Shown here: in pieces, positions 51,968-63,708 of the stretch | Layout of the letters: each line of letters starts with the position of its first letter | How positions within the stretch are numbered: position 1 is the first letter of the stretch | Assembly: GCA_012295275.1 (NCBI GenBank) | Contig: CM022670.1 | Span: forward strand, 8,618,001-8,682,000 | Direction: 5' to 3' | Length of the DNA stretch: 64,000 bases | Origin: Chrysomallon squamiferum | Lineage: Eukaryota; Animalia; Mollusca | Translations under genes and position numbers: made by a program | The notes under the pieces: model-generated | The model's database searches: none | Told to the model about the DNA's origin: nothing | The model's input: only the letters and a program-made list of their open reading frames with translations

Positions 51968-52289
51968 TGCGTAAACTGCGTTACTTATATTGTATTTGTT
52001 ACGTAACATCTTCTCTTCAAATTTTTTATAATTTTTTAATAGGAGAAAAGAGAAAAAGATTGTTAATAATTTATTTTCTTTTATTTATTTCCTTTTTCAT
52101 CATATATTCGAGAACGAAAAACGAAAAAAAAAAAAAAAAAAAACGAGAAAAATGAAAGGAAAACGCAAAGCAGAAGAAAACAAAACGAAAAATGAAAGAA
52201 AAAGAAAAGCTTAAAAATAAGTTATTTCATTTTCTATTTTTAAGAAATGTTCATTCTGCTTATTAAAGAGAAAGGAAACGCATTTCCAT

Positions 52290-52361
52290 TAGCAGAGCGT
52301 GGTTTCGATCCACGGACCTCTGGGTTATGGGCCCAGCACGCCTCCACTGCGCCACTCTGCT
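52290..52361 (-). tRNA. tRNA-iMet(CAT) copy 26, A21G
   Basis: One D-arm substitution. Confidence 0.9.
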
Positions 52362-52675
52362 TGCCTGAACTGCGTTACTTATATTGTATTTGTTACGTAA
52401 CATCTTCTCTTCAAATTTTTAATAATTTTTTAATAGGAGAAAAGAGAAAAAGATTGTTAATAATTTATTTTCTTTTATTTATTTCCTTTTTCATCATATA
52501 TTCGATAACGAAAGACGAAAAAAAAAACCCCATAAAAAATGAAAGAAAACCTAAAGAAGAAGAAAACAAAACGAAAAATAAAAGAAAAAGAAAAACTCAA
52601 AAATAGGTTATTTCATTTTCTATTTTTAAGAAATGTTCATTCTGCTTATTAAAGAGAAAGGAAACGCATTTCCAT

Positions 52676-52747
52676 TAGCAGAGCGTGGTTTCGATCCACG
52701 GACCTCTGGGTTATGGGCCCAGCACGCTTCCACTGCGCCACTCTGCT
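52676..52747 (-). tRNA. tRNA-iMet(CAT) copy 27
   Basis: Consensus. Confidence 0.95.
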
Positions 52748-53060
52748 TGCCTGAACTGCGTTACTTATATTGTGTTTGTTACGTAACATCTTCTCTTCAA
52801 ATTTTTTATAATTTTTTAATAGGAGAAAAGAGAAAAAGATTGTTAATAATTTATTTTCTTTTATTTATTTCCTATTTCATCATATATTCGAGAACGAAAA
52901 ACAAAAAAAAAAAAAAAAGAAAAATGAAAGAAAACGCAAAGCAGAAGAAAATAAAACGAAAAATGAAAGAAAAAGAAAAGCTTAAAAATAAGTTATTTCA
53001 TTTTCTATTTTTAAGAAATGTTCATTCTGCTTTTTAAAGAGAAAGGAAACGCGTTTCCAT

Positions 53061-53132
53061 TAGCAGAGCGTGGTTTCGATCCACGGACCTCTGGGTTATG
53101 GGCCCAGCACGCTTCCACTGCGCCACTCTGCT
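53061..53132 (-). tRNA. tRNA-iMet(CAT) copy 28
   Basis: Consensus. Confidence 0.95.
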
Positions 53133-53454
53133 TGCGTGAACTGCGTTACTTATATTGTATTTGTTACGTAACATCTTCTCTTCAAATTTTTTATAATTTT
53201 TTAATAGGAGAAAAGAGAAAAAGATTGTTAATAATTTATTTTCTTTTATTTATTTCCTTTTTCATCATATATTCGAGAACGAAAAACGAAAAAAAAAAAA
53301 AAAAAAAACCATAAAAAATGAAAGAAAACCTAAAGAAGAAGAAAACAAAACGAAAAATAAAAAAAAAAGAAAAACTCAAAAATAGGTTATTTCATTTTCT
53401 ATTTTTAAGAAATGTTCATTCTGCTTATTAAAGAGAAAGGAAACGCATTTCCAT

Positions 53455-53526
53455 TAGCAGAGCGTGGTTTCGATCCACGGACCTCTGGGTTATGGGCCCA
53501 GCACGCTTCCACTGCGCCACTCTGCT
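53455..53526 (-). tRNA. tRNA-iMet(CAT) copy 29
   Basis: Consensus. Confidence 0.95.
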
Positions 53527-53841
53527 TGCCTGAACTGCGTTACTTATATTGTGTTTGTTACGTAACATCTTCTCTTCAAATTTTTTTTAACATTTTTTTA
53601 ATAGGAGAAAAGAGAAAAAGATTGTTAATAATTTATTTTCTTTTATTTATTTCCTTTTTCATCATATATTCGATAACGAAAGACGAAAAAAAAAAAACCA
53701 TAAAAAATGAAAGAAAACCTAAAGAAGAAGAAAACAAAACGAAAAATAAAAAAAAGAAAAACTCAAAAATAGGTTATTTCATTTTCTATTTTTAAGAAAT
53801 GTTCATTCTGCTTATTAAAGAGAAAGGAAACGCATTTCCAT

Positions 53842-53913
53842 TAGCAGAGCGTGGTTTCGATCCACGGACCTCTGGGTTATGGGCCCAGCACGCTTCCACT
53901 GCGCCACTCTGCT
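53842..53913 (-). tRNA. tRNA-iMet(CAT) copy 30
   Basis: Consensus. Confidence 0.95.
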
Positions 53914-54126
53914 TGCGTAAACCGCGTTACTTATATTCTATTTTTACGTAACATCTTCTCTTCAAATTTTTTATAATTTTTTTAAAGGCACAAGGAGAAA
54001 AACATTATTAATATTTATGCAAAGAAGAAGAAAACAAAACGAAAAACTTAAAAATAAGTTATTTCATTTTCTATTTTTAAGAAATGTTCATTCTGCTTAT
54101 TAAAGAGAAAGGAAACGCATTTCCAT

Positions 54127-54198
54127 TAGCAGAGCGTGGTTTCGATCCACGGACCTCTGGGTTATGGGCCCAGCACGCTTCCACTGCGCCACTCTGCT
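54127..54198 (-). tRNA. tRNA-iMet(CAT) copy 31
   Basis: Consensus. Confidence 0.95.
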
Positions 54199-54519
54199 TG
54201 CGTAAACTGCGTTACTTATATTGTATTTGTTACGTAACATCTTCTCTTCAAATTTTTTATAATTTTTTAATAGGAGAAAAGAGAAAAAGATTGTTAATAA
54301 TTTATTTTCTTTTATTTATTTCCTTTTTCATCATATATTCGAGAACGAAAAACGAAAAAAAAAAAAAAAAAAAGAAAAAAAATGAAAAAGAAAACGAAAA
54401 CAGAAGAAAACAAAACGAAAAATGAAAGAAAAAGAAAAACTTAAAAATAAGTTATTTCATTTTCTATTTTTAAGAAATGTTCATTCTGCTTTTTAAAGAG
54501 AAAGGAAACGCGTTTCCAT

Positions 54520-54591
54520 TAGCAGAGCGTGGTTTCGATCCACGGACCTCTGGGTTATGGGCCCAGCACGCTTCCACTGCGCCACTCTGCT
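54520..54591 (-). tRNA. tRNA-iMet(CAT) copy 32
   Basis: Consensus. Confidence 0.95.
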
Positions 54592-54804
54592 TGCGTAAAC
54601 CGCGTTACTTATATTCTATTTTTACGTAACATCTTCTCTTCAAATTTTTTATAATTTTTTTAAAGGCACAAGGAGAAAAACATTATTAATATTTATGCAA
54701 AGAAGAAGAAAACAAAACGAAAAACTTAAAAATAAGTTATTTCATTTTCTATTTTTAAGAAATGTTCATTCTGCTTATTAAAGAGAAAGGAAACGCATTT
54801 CCAT

Positions 54805-54876
54805 TAGCAGAGCGTGGTTTCGATCCACGGACCTCTGGGTTATGGGCCCAGCACGCTTCCACTGCGCCACTCTGCT
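54805..54876 (-). tRNA. tRNA-iMet(CAT) copy 33
   Basis: Consensus. Confidence 0.95.
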
Positions 54877-55193
54877 TGCGTAAACTGCGTTACTTATATT
54901 GTATTTGTTACGTAACATCTTCTCTTCAAATTTTTATAATTTTTTAATAGGAGAAAAGAGAAAAAGATTGTTAATAATTTATTTTCTTTTATTTATTTCC
55001 TTTTTCATCATATATTCGAGAACGAAAAAAAAAAAAAAAAAAAAAAAACGAGAAAAATGAAAGAAAACGCAAAGCAGAAGAAAATAAAACGAAAAATGAA
55101 AGAAAAAGAAAAGCTTAAAAATAAGTTATTTCATTTTCTATTTTTAAGAAATGTTCATTCTGCTTTTTAAAGAGAAAGGAAACGCGTTTCCAT

Positions 55194-55265
55194 TAGCAGA
55201 GCGTGGTTTCGATCCACGGACCTCTGGGTTATGGGCCCAGCACGCTTCCACTGCGCCACTCTGCT
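55194..55265 (-). tRNA. tRNA-iMet(CAT) copy 34
   Basis: Consensus. Confidence 0.95.
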
Positions 55266-55478
55266 TGCGTAAACCGCGTTACTTATATTCTATTTTTACG
55301 TAACATCTTCTCTTCAAATTTTTTATAATTTTTTTAAAGGCACAAGGAGAAAAACATTATTAATATTTATGCAAAGAAGAAGAAAACAAAACGAAAAACT
55401 TAAAAATAAGTTATTTCATTTTCTATTTTTAAGAAATGTTCATTCTGCTTATTAAAGAGAAAGGAAACGCATTTCCAT

Positions 55479-55550
55479 TAGCAGAGCGTGGTTTCGATCC
55501 ACGGACCTCTGGGTTATGGGCCCAGCACGCTTCCACTGCGCCACTCTGCT
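55479..55550 (-). tRNA. tRNA-iMet(CAT) copy 35
   Basis: Consensus. Confidence 0.95.
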
Positions 55551-55866
55551 TGCGTAAACTGCGTTACTTATATTGTATTTGTTACGTAACATCTTCTCTT
55601 CAAATTTTTTATAATTTTTTAATAGGAGAAAAGAGAAAAAGATTGTTAATAATTTATTTTCTTTTATTTATTTCCTTTTTCATCATATATTCGAGAACGA
55701 AAAAAAAAAAAAAAAAAAAAAGAGAAAAATGAAAGGAAATGCAAAGCAGAAGAAAACAAAACGAAAAATGAAAGAAAAAGAAAAGCTTAAAAATAAGTTA
55801 TTTCATTTTCTATTTTTAAGAAAAAATTCATTCTGCTTTTTAAAGAGGAAGGAAACGCAATTCCAT

Positions 55867-55938
55867 TAGCAGAGCGTGGTTTCGATCCACGGACCTCTGG
55901 GTTATGGGCCCAGCACGCCTCCACTGCGCCACTCTGCT
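55867..55938 (-). tRNA. tRNA-iMet(CAT) copy 36, A21G
   Basis: One D-arm substitution. Confidence 0.9.
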
Positions 55939-56252
55939 TGCCTGAACTGCGTTACTTATATTGTATTTGTTACGTAACATCTTCTCTTCAAATTTTTAAT
56001 AATTTTTTAATAGGAGAAAAGAGAAAAAGATTGTTAATAATTTATTTTCTTTTATTTATTTCCTTTTTCATCATATATTCGATAACGAAAGAGAAAAAAA
56101 AAAACCCCATAAAAAATGAAAGAAAACCTAAAGAAGAAGAAAACAAAACGAAAAATAAAAGAAAAAGAAAAACTCAAAAATAGGTTATTTCATTTTCTAT
56201 TTTTAAGAAATGTTCATTCTGCTTATTAAAGAGAAAGGAAACGCATTTCCAT

Positions 56253-56324
56253 TAGCAGAGCGTGGTTTCGATCCACGGACCTCTGGGTTATGGGCCCAGC
56301 ACGCTTCCACTGCGCCACTCTGCT
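56253..56324 (-). tRNA. tRNA-iMet(CAT) copy 37
   Basis: Consensus. Confidence 0.95.
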
Positions 56325-56642
56325 TGCCTGAACTGCGTTACTTATATTGTGTTTGTTACGTAACATCTTCTCTTCAAATTTTTTATAATTTTTTAATAGG
56401 AGAAAAGAGAAAAAGATTGTTAATAATTTATTTTCTTTTATTTATTTCCTATTTCATCATATATTCGAGAACGAAAAAAAAAAAAAAAAAAAAAAAACGA
56501 GAAAAATGAAAGAAAACGCAAAGCAGAAGAAAATAAAACGAAAAATGAAAGAAAAAGAAACGCTTAAAAATAAGTTATTTCATTTTCTATTTTTAAGAAA
56601 TGTTCATTCTGCTTTTTAAAGAGAAAGGAAACGCGTTTCCAT

Positions 56643-56714
56643 TAGCAGAGCGTGGTTTCGATCCACGGACCTCTGGGTTATGGGCCCAGCACGCTTCCAC
56701 TGCCCCACTCTGCT
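56643..56714 (-). tRNA. tRNA-iMet(CAT) copy 38, C11G D-stem mismatch
   Basis: tgcccc instead of tgcgcc at 56704. Confidence 0.82.
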
Positions 56715-57029
56715 TGCGTGAACTGCGTTACTTATATTGTATTTGTTACGTAACATCTTCTCTTCAAATTTTTTATAATTTTTTAATAGGAGAAAAGAGA
56801 AAAAGATTGTTAATAATTTATTTTCTTTTATTTATTTCCTTTTTCATCATATATTCGATAACGAAAGACGAAAAAAAAAAAACCCATAAAAAATGAAAGA
56901 AAACCTAAAGAAGAAGAAAACAAAACGAAAAATAAAAGAAAAAGAAAAACTCAAAAATAGGTTATTTCATTTTCTATTTTTAAGAAATGTTCATTCTGCT
57001 TATTAAAGAGAAAGGAAACGCATTTCCAT

Positions 57030-57101
57030 TAGCAGAGCGTGGTTTCGATCCACGGACCTCTGGGTTATGGGCCCAGCACGCTTCCACTGCGCCACTCTGC
57101 T
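57030..57101 (-). tRNA. tRNA-iMet(CAT) copy 39
   Basis: Consensus. Confidence 0.95.
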
Positions 57102-57314
57102 TGCGTAAACCGCGTTACTTATATTCTATTTTTACGTAACATCTTCTCTTCAAATTTTTTATAATTTTTTTAAAGGCACAAGGAGAAAAACATTATTAAT
57201 ATTTATGCAAAGAAGAAGAAAACAAAACGAAAAACTTAAAAATAAGTTATTTCATTTTCTATTTTTAAGAAATGTTCATTCTGCTTATTAAAGAGAAAGG
57301 AAACGCATTTCCAT

Positions 57315-57386
57315 TAGCAGAGCGTGGTTTCGATCCACGGACCTCTGGGTTATGGGCCCAGCACGCTTCCACTGCGCCACTCTGCT
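57315..57386 (-). tRNA. tRNA-iMet(CAT) copy 40
   Basis: Consensus. Confidence 0.95.
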
Positions 57387-57539
57387 TGAGTGAACTGCGT
57401 TACTTATATTGTATTTGTTACGTAACATCTTCTCTTCAAATTTTTTTTAACATTTTTTTAATAGGAGAAAAGAGAAAAAGATTGTTAATAATTTATTTTC
57501 TTTTATTTATTTCCTTTTTCATCATATATTCGAGAACGA

Positions 57540-57573
<34 letters not shown>

Positions 57574-57709
57574 TGAAAGAAAATGCAAAGCAGAAGAAAA
57601 CAAAACGAAAAATGAAAGAAAAAGAAAAACTAAAAAATAAGTTATTTCATTTTCTATTTTTAAGAAATGTTCATTCTGCTTATTAAAGAGGAAGGAAACG
57701 CAATTCCAT

Positions 57710-57781
57710 TAGCAGAGCGTGGTTTCGATCCACGGACCTCTGGGTTATGGGCCCAGCACGCCTCCACTGCGCCACTCTGCT
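57710..57781 (-). tRNA. tRNA-iMet(CAT) copy 41, A21G
   Basis: One D-arm substitution. Confidence 0.9.
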
Positions 57782-58227
57782 TGCCTGAACTGCGTTACTT
57801 ATATTGTGTTTGTTACGTAACATCTTCTCTTCAAATTTTTTATAATTTTTTAATAGGAGAAAAGAGAAAAAGATTGTTAATAATTTATTTTCTTTTATTT
57901 ATTTCCTTTTTCATCATATATTCGAGAACGAAAAACGAAAAAAAGAAAAAAAAACTAGAAAAATGAAAGAAAAAATGTATTATATTGATATTTGTTCCTT
58001 TCATTTGAGCTATTACACGCCTTTTGAACACTGATATTCTATAAATTGAAAGAATAATATTAATAAATACGTAACATCTTGTCTTCAAATTTTTTTATAA
58101 ATTTTATTAGTAGGAGAAAAGAGAAAAAGATTGTTAATAATTTTTTTTTATTATTTATTTATTTCCTTTTTCATCATATATTCGAGAACGAAAAAAAAAA
58201 AAAAAAAAAAAAAAAACGCATTTCGAT

Positions 58228-58299
58228 TAGAAGAGCGTGGTTTCGATCCACGGACCTCTGGGTTATGGGCCCAGCACGCTTCCACTGCGCCACTCTGCT
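58228..58299 (-). tRNA. tRNA-iMet(CAT) copy 42, G70U acceptor mismatch
   Basis: tagaagagc instead of tagcagagc. Confidence 0.78.
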
Positions 58300-58617
58300 T
58301 GCGTAAACTGCGTTGTTTACATTCTATTTGTTACCTAACATCTTGTCTTCAACTTTTTTTTTTTTTTTTTTTTTTTTTAATAGGACACAGAGAGAAAGAT
58401 TGTTAATAATTTATTTTATTTTATTTATTTTCTTTTTTATCATATATTCGAGAAAGAAAAAAAAAAAAAATAAAATAAAGAATAAAACAAAACGCAAAGG
58501 AGAAGAAAACAAAACGACAATTGAAAGAAAAAGAAAAACTCAAAAATTATTTATTTTATTTCAAATTTTTAAGAAATGTTAATTCTACTTATTAAATAAA
58601 AAGGAAACGCATTTAGT

Positions 58618-58689
58618 TAGCAGAGCGTGGTTTCGATCCACGGACCTCTGGGTTATGGGCCCAGCACGCTTCCACTGCGCCACTCTGCT
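58618..58689 (-). tRNA. tRNA-iMet(CAT) copy 43
   Basis: Consensus. Confidence 0.95.
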
Positions 58690-59017
58690 TGCGTAAACTG
58701 CGTTACTTATATTGTATTTGTTACGTAACATCTTCTCTTCAAATTTTTTTAAAATTTTTTTAGTAGGAGAAAAGAGAAAAAGATTGTTAATAATTTTTTT
58801 TTTATTTATTTATTTCCTTTTTCATCATATATTCGAGAACGAAAAACGAAAAAAAAAAAAAAACAAAAAAAACGAAAAAAATGAAAGAAAATGCAAAGAA
58901 CAAGAAAACAAAACGAAAAATGAAATAAAAAGAAAAACTTAAAAATAAGTTATTTCATTTTCTATTTTTAAGAAATGTTCATTCTGCTTTTTAAAGAGAA
59001 ATGAAACGCAATTCCAT

Positions 59018-59089
59018 TAGCAGAGCGTGGTTTCGATCCACGGACCTCTGGGTTATGGGCCCAGCACGCTTCCACTGCGCCACTCTGCT
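59018..59089 (-). tRNA. tRNA-iMet(CAT) copy 44
   Basis: Consensus. Confidence 0.95.
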
Positions 59090-59256
59090 TGCGTAAACTG
59101 CGTTGTTTATATTGTATTTGTTACGTAACATCTTGTCTTCAAATTTTTTTTTTTAAAAAAATTTTTTTAGTAGGAGAAAAGAGAAAAAAGATTGTTAATA
59201 ATTTTTTTTATTATTATTTATTTTTTTTTTCATCATATATTCGAGAACGAAAAACG

Positions 59257-59287
<31 letters not shown>

Positions 59288-59397
59288 AAAAAAATGCAAA
59301 GAAGAAAAAAACAAAACGAAAAATGAAATAAAAAGAAAAACTTAAAAATAAGTTATTTCATTTTCTATTTTAAAGAAAAATGGATACGCATTTCGAT

Positions 59398-59469
59398 TAG
59401 CAGAGCATGGTTTCGATCCACGGACCTCTGGGTTATGCGCCAAGCACGCTTCCACTGCAGCACTCTGAT
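59398..59469 (-). pseudogene. tRNA-iMet copy 45, probable pseudogene (6 substitutions)
   Basis: G2U, G10C, C11U, G29U, C33G, T-stem C>U. Confidence 0.75.
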
Positions 59470-59509
59470 TGCGTAAACTGTGTTGCTTACATTCTGTGTT
59501 ACCTAACAT

Positions 59510-59542
<33 letters not shown>

Positions 59543-59783
59543 TTAATAGGACACAGAGAGAAAGATTGTTAATAATTTATTTTATTTTATTTATTTTCTT
59601 TTTTATCATATATTCGAGAAAGAAAAAAGTAAAAAATAAAATAAAGAATAAAACAAAACGCAAAAGAGAAGAAAACAAAACGACAATTGAAAGAAAAAGA
59701 AAAACTCAAAAATTATTTATTTTATTTCAAATTTTTAAGAAATGTTAATTCTACTTATTAAATAAAAAGGAAACGCATTTAGT

Positions 59784-59855
59784 TAGCAGAGCGTGGTTTC
59801 GATCCACGGACCTCTGGGTTATGGGCCCAGCACGCTTCCACTGCGCCACTCTGTT
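59784..59855 (-). tRNA. tRNA-iMet(CAT) copy 46, G2A
   Basis: ctctgttt end. Confidence 0.8.
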
Positions 59856-60189
59856 TGCGTAAACTGCGTTGTTGTTTATATTGTATTTGTTACGTAACAT
59901 CTTTCTCTTCAAAATTTTTTTTTTTTTTTTTTTAGTAGGAGAAAAGAGAAAAAAGATTGTTAATAATTTTTTTTTTATTTATTTATTTCCTTTTTCATCA
60001 TATATTCGAGAACGAAAAACGAAAAAAAAAAAAAAAAAAAAAAACGAAAAAAATGAAAGAAAATGCAAAGAACAAGAAAACAAAACGAAAAATGAAATAA
60101 AAAGAAAAACTTAAAAATAAGTTATTTCATTTTCTATTTTTAAGAAATGTTCATTCTGCTTTTTAAAGAGAAATGAAACGCAATTCCAT

Positions 60190-60261
60190 TAGCAGAGCGT
60201 GGTTTCGATCCACGGACCTCTGGGTTATGGGCCCAGCACGCTTCCACTGCGCCACTCTGCT
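60190..60261 (-). tRNA. tRNA-iMet(CAT) copy 47
   Basis: Consensus. Confidence 0.95.
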
Positions 60262-60414
60262 TGCGTAAACTGCGTTACTTATATTGTATTTGTTACGTAA
60301 CATCTTGTCTTCAAATTTTTTTAAAATTCTTTTAGTAGGAGAAAAGAGAAAAAGATTGTTAATAATTTTTTTTTATTATTATTTATTTCCTTTTTCATCA
60401 TATATTCGAGAACG

Positions 60415-60458
<44 letters not shown>

Positions 60459-60569
60459 AAAGAAAATGCAAAGAAGAAGAAAACAAAACGAAAAATGAAA
60501 TAAAAAGAAAAACTTAAAAATAAGTTATTTCATTTTCTATTTTAAAGAAAAATGGATACGCATTTCGAT

Positions 60570-60641
60570 TAGCAGAGCATGGTTTCGATCCACGGACCTC
60601 TGGGTTATGCGCCAAGCACGCTTCCACTGCAGCACTCTGAT
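60570..60641 (-). pseudogene. tRNA-iMet copy 48, probable pseudogene
   Basis: Same 6 substitutions as copy 45. Confidence 0.75.
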
Positions 60642-60961
60642 TGCGTAAACTGTGTTGCTTACATTCTGTGTTACCTAACATCTTGTCTTCAACTTTTTTT
60701 TTTTTTTTTTTTTTTAATAGGACACAGAGAGAAAGATTGTTAATAATTTATTTTATTTTATTTATTTTCTTTTTTATCATATATTCGAGAAAGAAAAAAG
60801 TAAAAAATAAAATAAAGAATAAAGAATAAAACAAAACGCAAAGGAGAAGAAAACAAAACGACAATTGAAAGAAAAAGAAAAACTCAAAAATTATTTATTT
60901 TATTTCAAATTTTTAAGAAATGTTCATTCTACTTATTAAATAAAAAGGAAACGCATTTAGT

Positions 60962-61033
60962 TAGCAGAGCGTGGTTTCGATCCACGGACCTCTGGGTTAT
61001 GGGCCCAGCACGCTTCCACTGCGCCACTCTGCT
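60962..61033 (-). tRNA. tRNA-iMet(CAT) copy 49
   Basis: Consensus. Confidence 0.95.
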
Positions 61034-61360
61034 TGCGTAAACTGCGTTACTTATATTGTATTTGTTACGTAACATCTTCTCTTCAAAATTTTTTTAAAAT
61101 TTTTTTAGTAGGAGAAAAGAGAAAAAGATTGTTAATAATTTTTTTTTTATTTATTTATTTCCTTTTTCATCATATATTCGAGAACGAAAAACGAAAAAAA
61201 AAAAAAAAAAAAAAACGAAAAAAATGAAAGAAAATGCAAAGAACAAGAAAACAAAACGAAAAATGAAATAAAAAGAAAAACTTAAAAATAAGTTATTTCA
61301 TTTTCTATTTTTAAGAAATGTTCATTCTGCTTTTTAAAGAGAAATGAAACGCAATTCCAT

Positions 61361-61432
61361 TAGCAGAGCGTGGTTTCGATCCACGGACCTCTGGGTTATG
61401 GGCCCAGCACGCTTCCACTGCGCCACTCTGCT
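61361..61432 (-). tRNA. tRNA-iMet(CAT) copy 50
   Basis: Consensus. Confidence 0.95.
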
Positions 61433-61583
61433 TGCGTAAACTGCGTTACTTATATTGTATTTGTTACGTAACATCTTGTCTTCAAATTTTTTTTAAAATT
61501 CTTTTAGTAGGAGAAAAGAGAAAAAGATTGTTAATAATTTTTTTTTTTTATTTATTTCCTTTTTCATCATATATTCGAGAACG

Positions 61584-61615
<32 letters not shown>

Positions 61616-61742
61616 GAAAAAAAAAAAAAAAAAAAAAAAAACGAAAAAGAAAAGAAAACGAAAAAAAAAAAAAAATTTAAAATTTCAAATTTTTAAGAAA
61701 TTTCATTTTCTATTTTAAAGAAAAATGGATACGCATTTCGAT

Positions 61743-61814
61743 TAGCAGAGCATGGTTTCGATCCACGGACCTCTGGGTTATGGGCCCAGCACGCTTCCAC
61801 TGCGCCACTCTGCT
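61743..61814 (-). tRNA. tRNA-iMet(CAT) copy 51, T-stem G-U wobble variant
   Basis: gagcatgg only. Confidence 0.88.
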
Positions 61815-61860
61815 TGCGTAAACTGCGTTGTTTACATTCTATTTGTTACCTAACATCTTG

Positions 61861-61895
<35 letters not shown>

Positions 61896-62130
61896 GGACA
61901 CAGAGAGAAAGATTGTTAATAATTTATTTTATTTTATTTATTTTCTTTTTTATCATATATTCGAGAAAGAAAAAAGTAAAAAATAAAATAAAGAATAAAA
62001 CAAAACGCAAAGGAGAAGAAAACAAAACGACAATTGAAAGAAAAAGAAAAACTCAAAAATTATTTATTTTATTTCAAATTTTTAAGAAATGTTCATTCTA
62101 CTTATTAAATAAAAAGGAAACGCATTTAGT

Positions 62131-62202
62131 TAGCAGAGCGTGGTTTCGATCCACGGACCTCTGGGTTATGGGCCCAGCACGCTTCCACTGCGCCACTCTG
62201 CT
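62131..62202 (-). tRNA. tRNA-iMet(CAT) copy 52
   Basis: Consensus. Confidence 0.95.
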
Positions 62203-62531
62203 TGCGTAAACTGCGTTACTTATATTGTATTTGTTACGTAACATCTTCTCTTCAAAATTTTTTTAAAATTTTTTTAGTAGGAGAAAAGAGAAAAAGATTG
62301 TTAATAATTTTTTTTTTATTTATTTATTTCCTTTTTCATCATATATTCGAGAACGAAAAACGAAAAAAACAAAAAAACAAAAAAAACGAAAAAAATGAAA
62401 GAAAATGCAAAGAACAAGAAAACAAAACGAAAAATGAAATAAAAAGAAAAACTTAAAAATAAGTTATTTCATTTTCTATTTTTAAGAAATGTTCATTCTG
62501 CTTTTTAAAGAGAAATGAAACGCAATTCCAT

Positions 62532-62603
62532 TAGCAGAGCGTGGTTTCGATCCACGGACCTCTGGGTTATGGGCCCAGCACGCTTCCACTGCGCCACTCT
62601 GCT
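62532..62603 (-). tRNA. tRNA-iMet(CAT) copy 53
   Basis: Consensus. Confidence 0.95.
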
Positions 62604-62905
62604 TGCGTAAACTGCGTTACTTATATTGTATTTGTTACGTAACATCTTGTCTTCAAATTTTTTTTTTAATTTTTTTAGTAGGAGAAAAGAGAAAAAGATT
62701 GTTAATAATTTTTTTATTTTATTTATTTCCTTTTTCATCATATATTCGAGAACGAAAAACGAAAAAAAAAAAAAAAAAAAAAACGAAAAAAATGAAAGAA
62801 AATGCAAAGAAGAAGAAAACAAAACGAAAAATGAAATAAAAAGAAAAACTTAAAAATAAGTTATTTCATTTTCTATTTTAAAGAAAAATGGATACGCATT
62901 TCGAT

Positions 62906-62977
62906 TAGCAGAGCATGGTTTCGATCCACGGACCTCTGGGTTATGCGCCAAGCACGCTTCCACTGCGCCACTCTGAT
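62906..62977 (-). pseudogene. tRNA-iMet copy 54, probable pseudogene (4 substitutions)
   Basis: G2U, G29U, C33G, T-stem C>U; D-stem intact. Confidence 0.7.
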
Positions 62978-63028
62978 TGCGTAAACTGCGTTGTTTACAT
63001 TCTATTTGTTACCTAACATCTTGTCTTC

Positions 63029-63067
<39 letters not shown>

Positions 63068-63309
63068 GGACACAGAGAGAAAGATTGTTAATAATTTATT
63101 TTATTTTATTTATTTTCTTTTTTATCATATATTCGAGAAAGAAAAAAGTAAAAAATAAAATAAAGAATAAAGAATAAAACAAAACGCAAAGGAGAAGAAA
63201 ACAAAACGACAATTGAAAGAAAAAGAAAAACTCAAAAATTATTTATTTTATTTCAAATTTTTAAGAAATGTTCATTCTACTTATTAAATAAAAAGGAAAC
63301 GCATTTAGT

Positions 63310-63381
63310 TAGCAGAGCGTGGTTTCGATCCACGGACCTCTGGGTTATGGGCCCAGCACGCTTCCACTGCGCCACTCTGCT
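63310..63381 (-). tRNA. tRNA-iMet(CAT) copy 55
   Basis: Consensus. Confidence 0.95.
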
Positions 63382-63540
63382 TGCGTAAACTGCGTTACTT
63401 ATATTGTATTTGTTACGTAACATCTTGTCTTCAAATTTTTTTAAAATTTTTTTAGTAGGAGAAAAGAGAAAAAGATTGTTAATAATTTTTTTTTATTTTA
63501 TTTATTTCCTTTTTCATCATATATTCGAGAACGAAAAACG

Positions 63541-63574
<34 letters not shown>

Positions 63575-63708
63575 AAAGAAAATGCAAAGAAGAAGAAAAC
63601 AAAACGAAGAATGAAATAAAAAGAAAAACTTAAAAATAAGTTATTTCATTTTCTATTTTTAAGAAATGTTCATTCTGCTTATTAAAGAAAAAGGATACGA
63701 ATTTCGAT

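Noticed and set aside
43172-57781. 390-bp unit as a dinucleosome-phased repeat
   Set aside because: Interspersed 285-bp units break the period, and sequence alone gives no support.
43129-63619. Repeated ORFs MFILLIKEKGNAFPLAERGFDPRTSGLWAQHASTAPLC as a peptide gene family
   Set aside because: They are antisense translations of the tRNA and spacer. Their ends shift with A-tract length, and the conserved core is exactly the tRNA.
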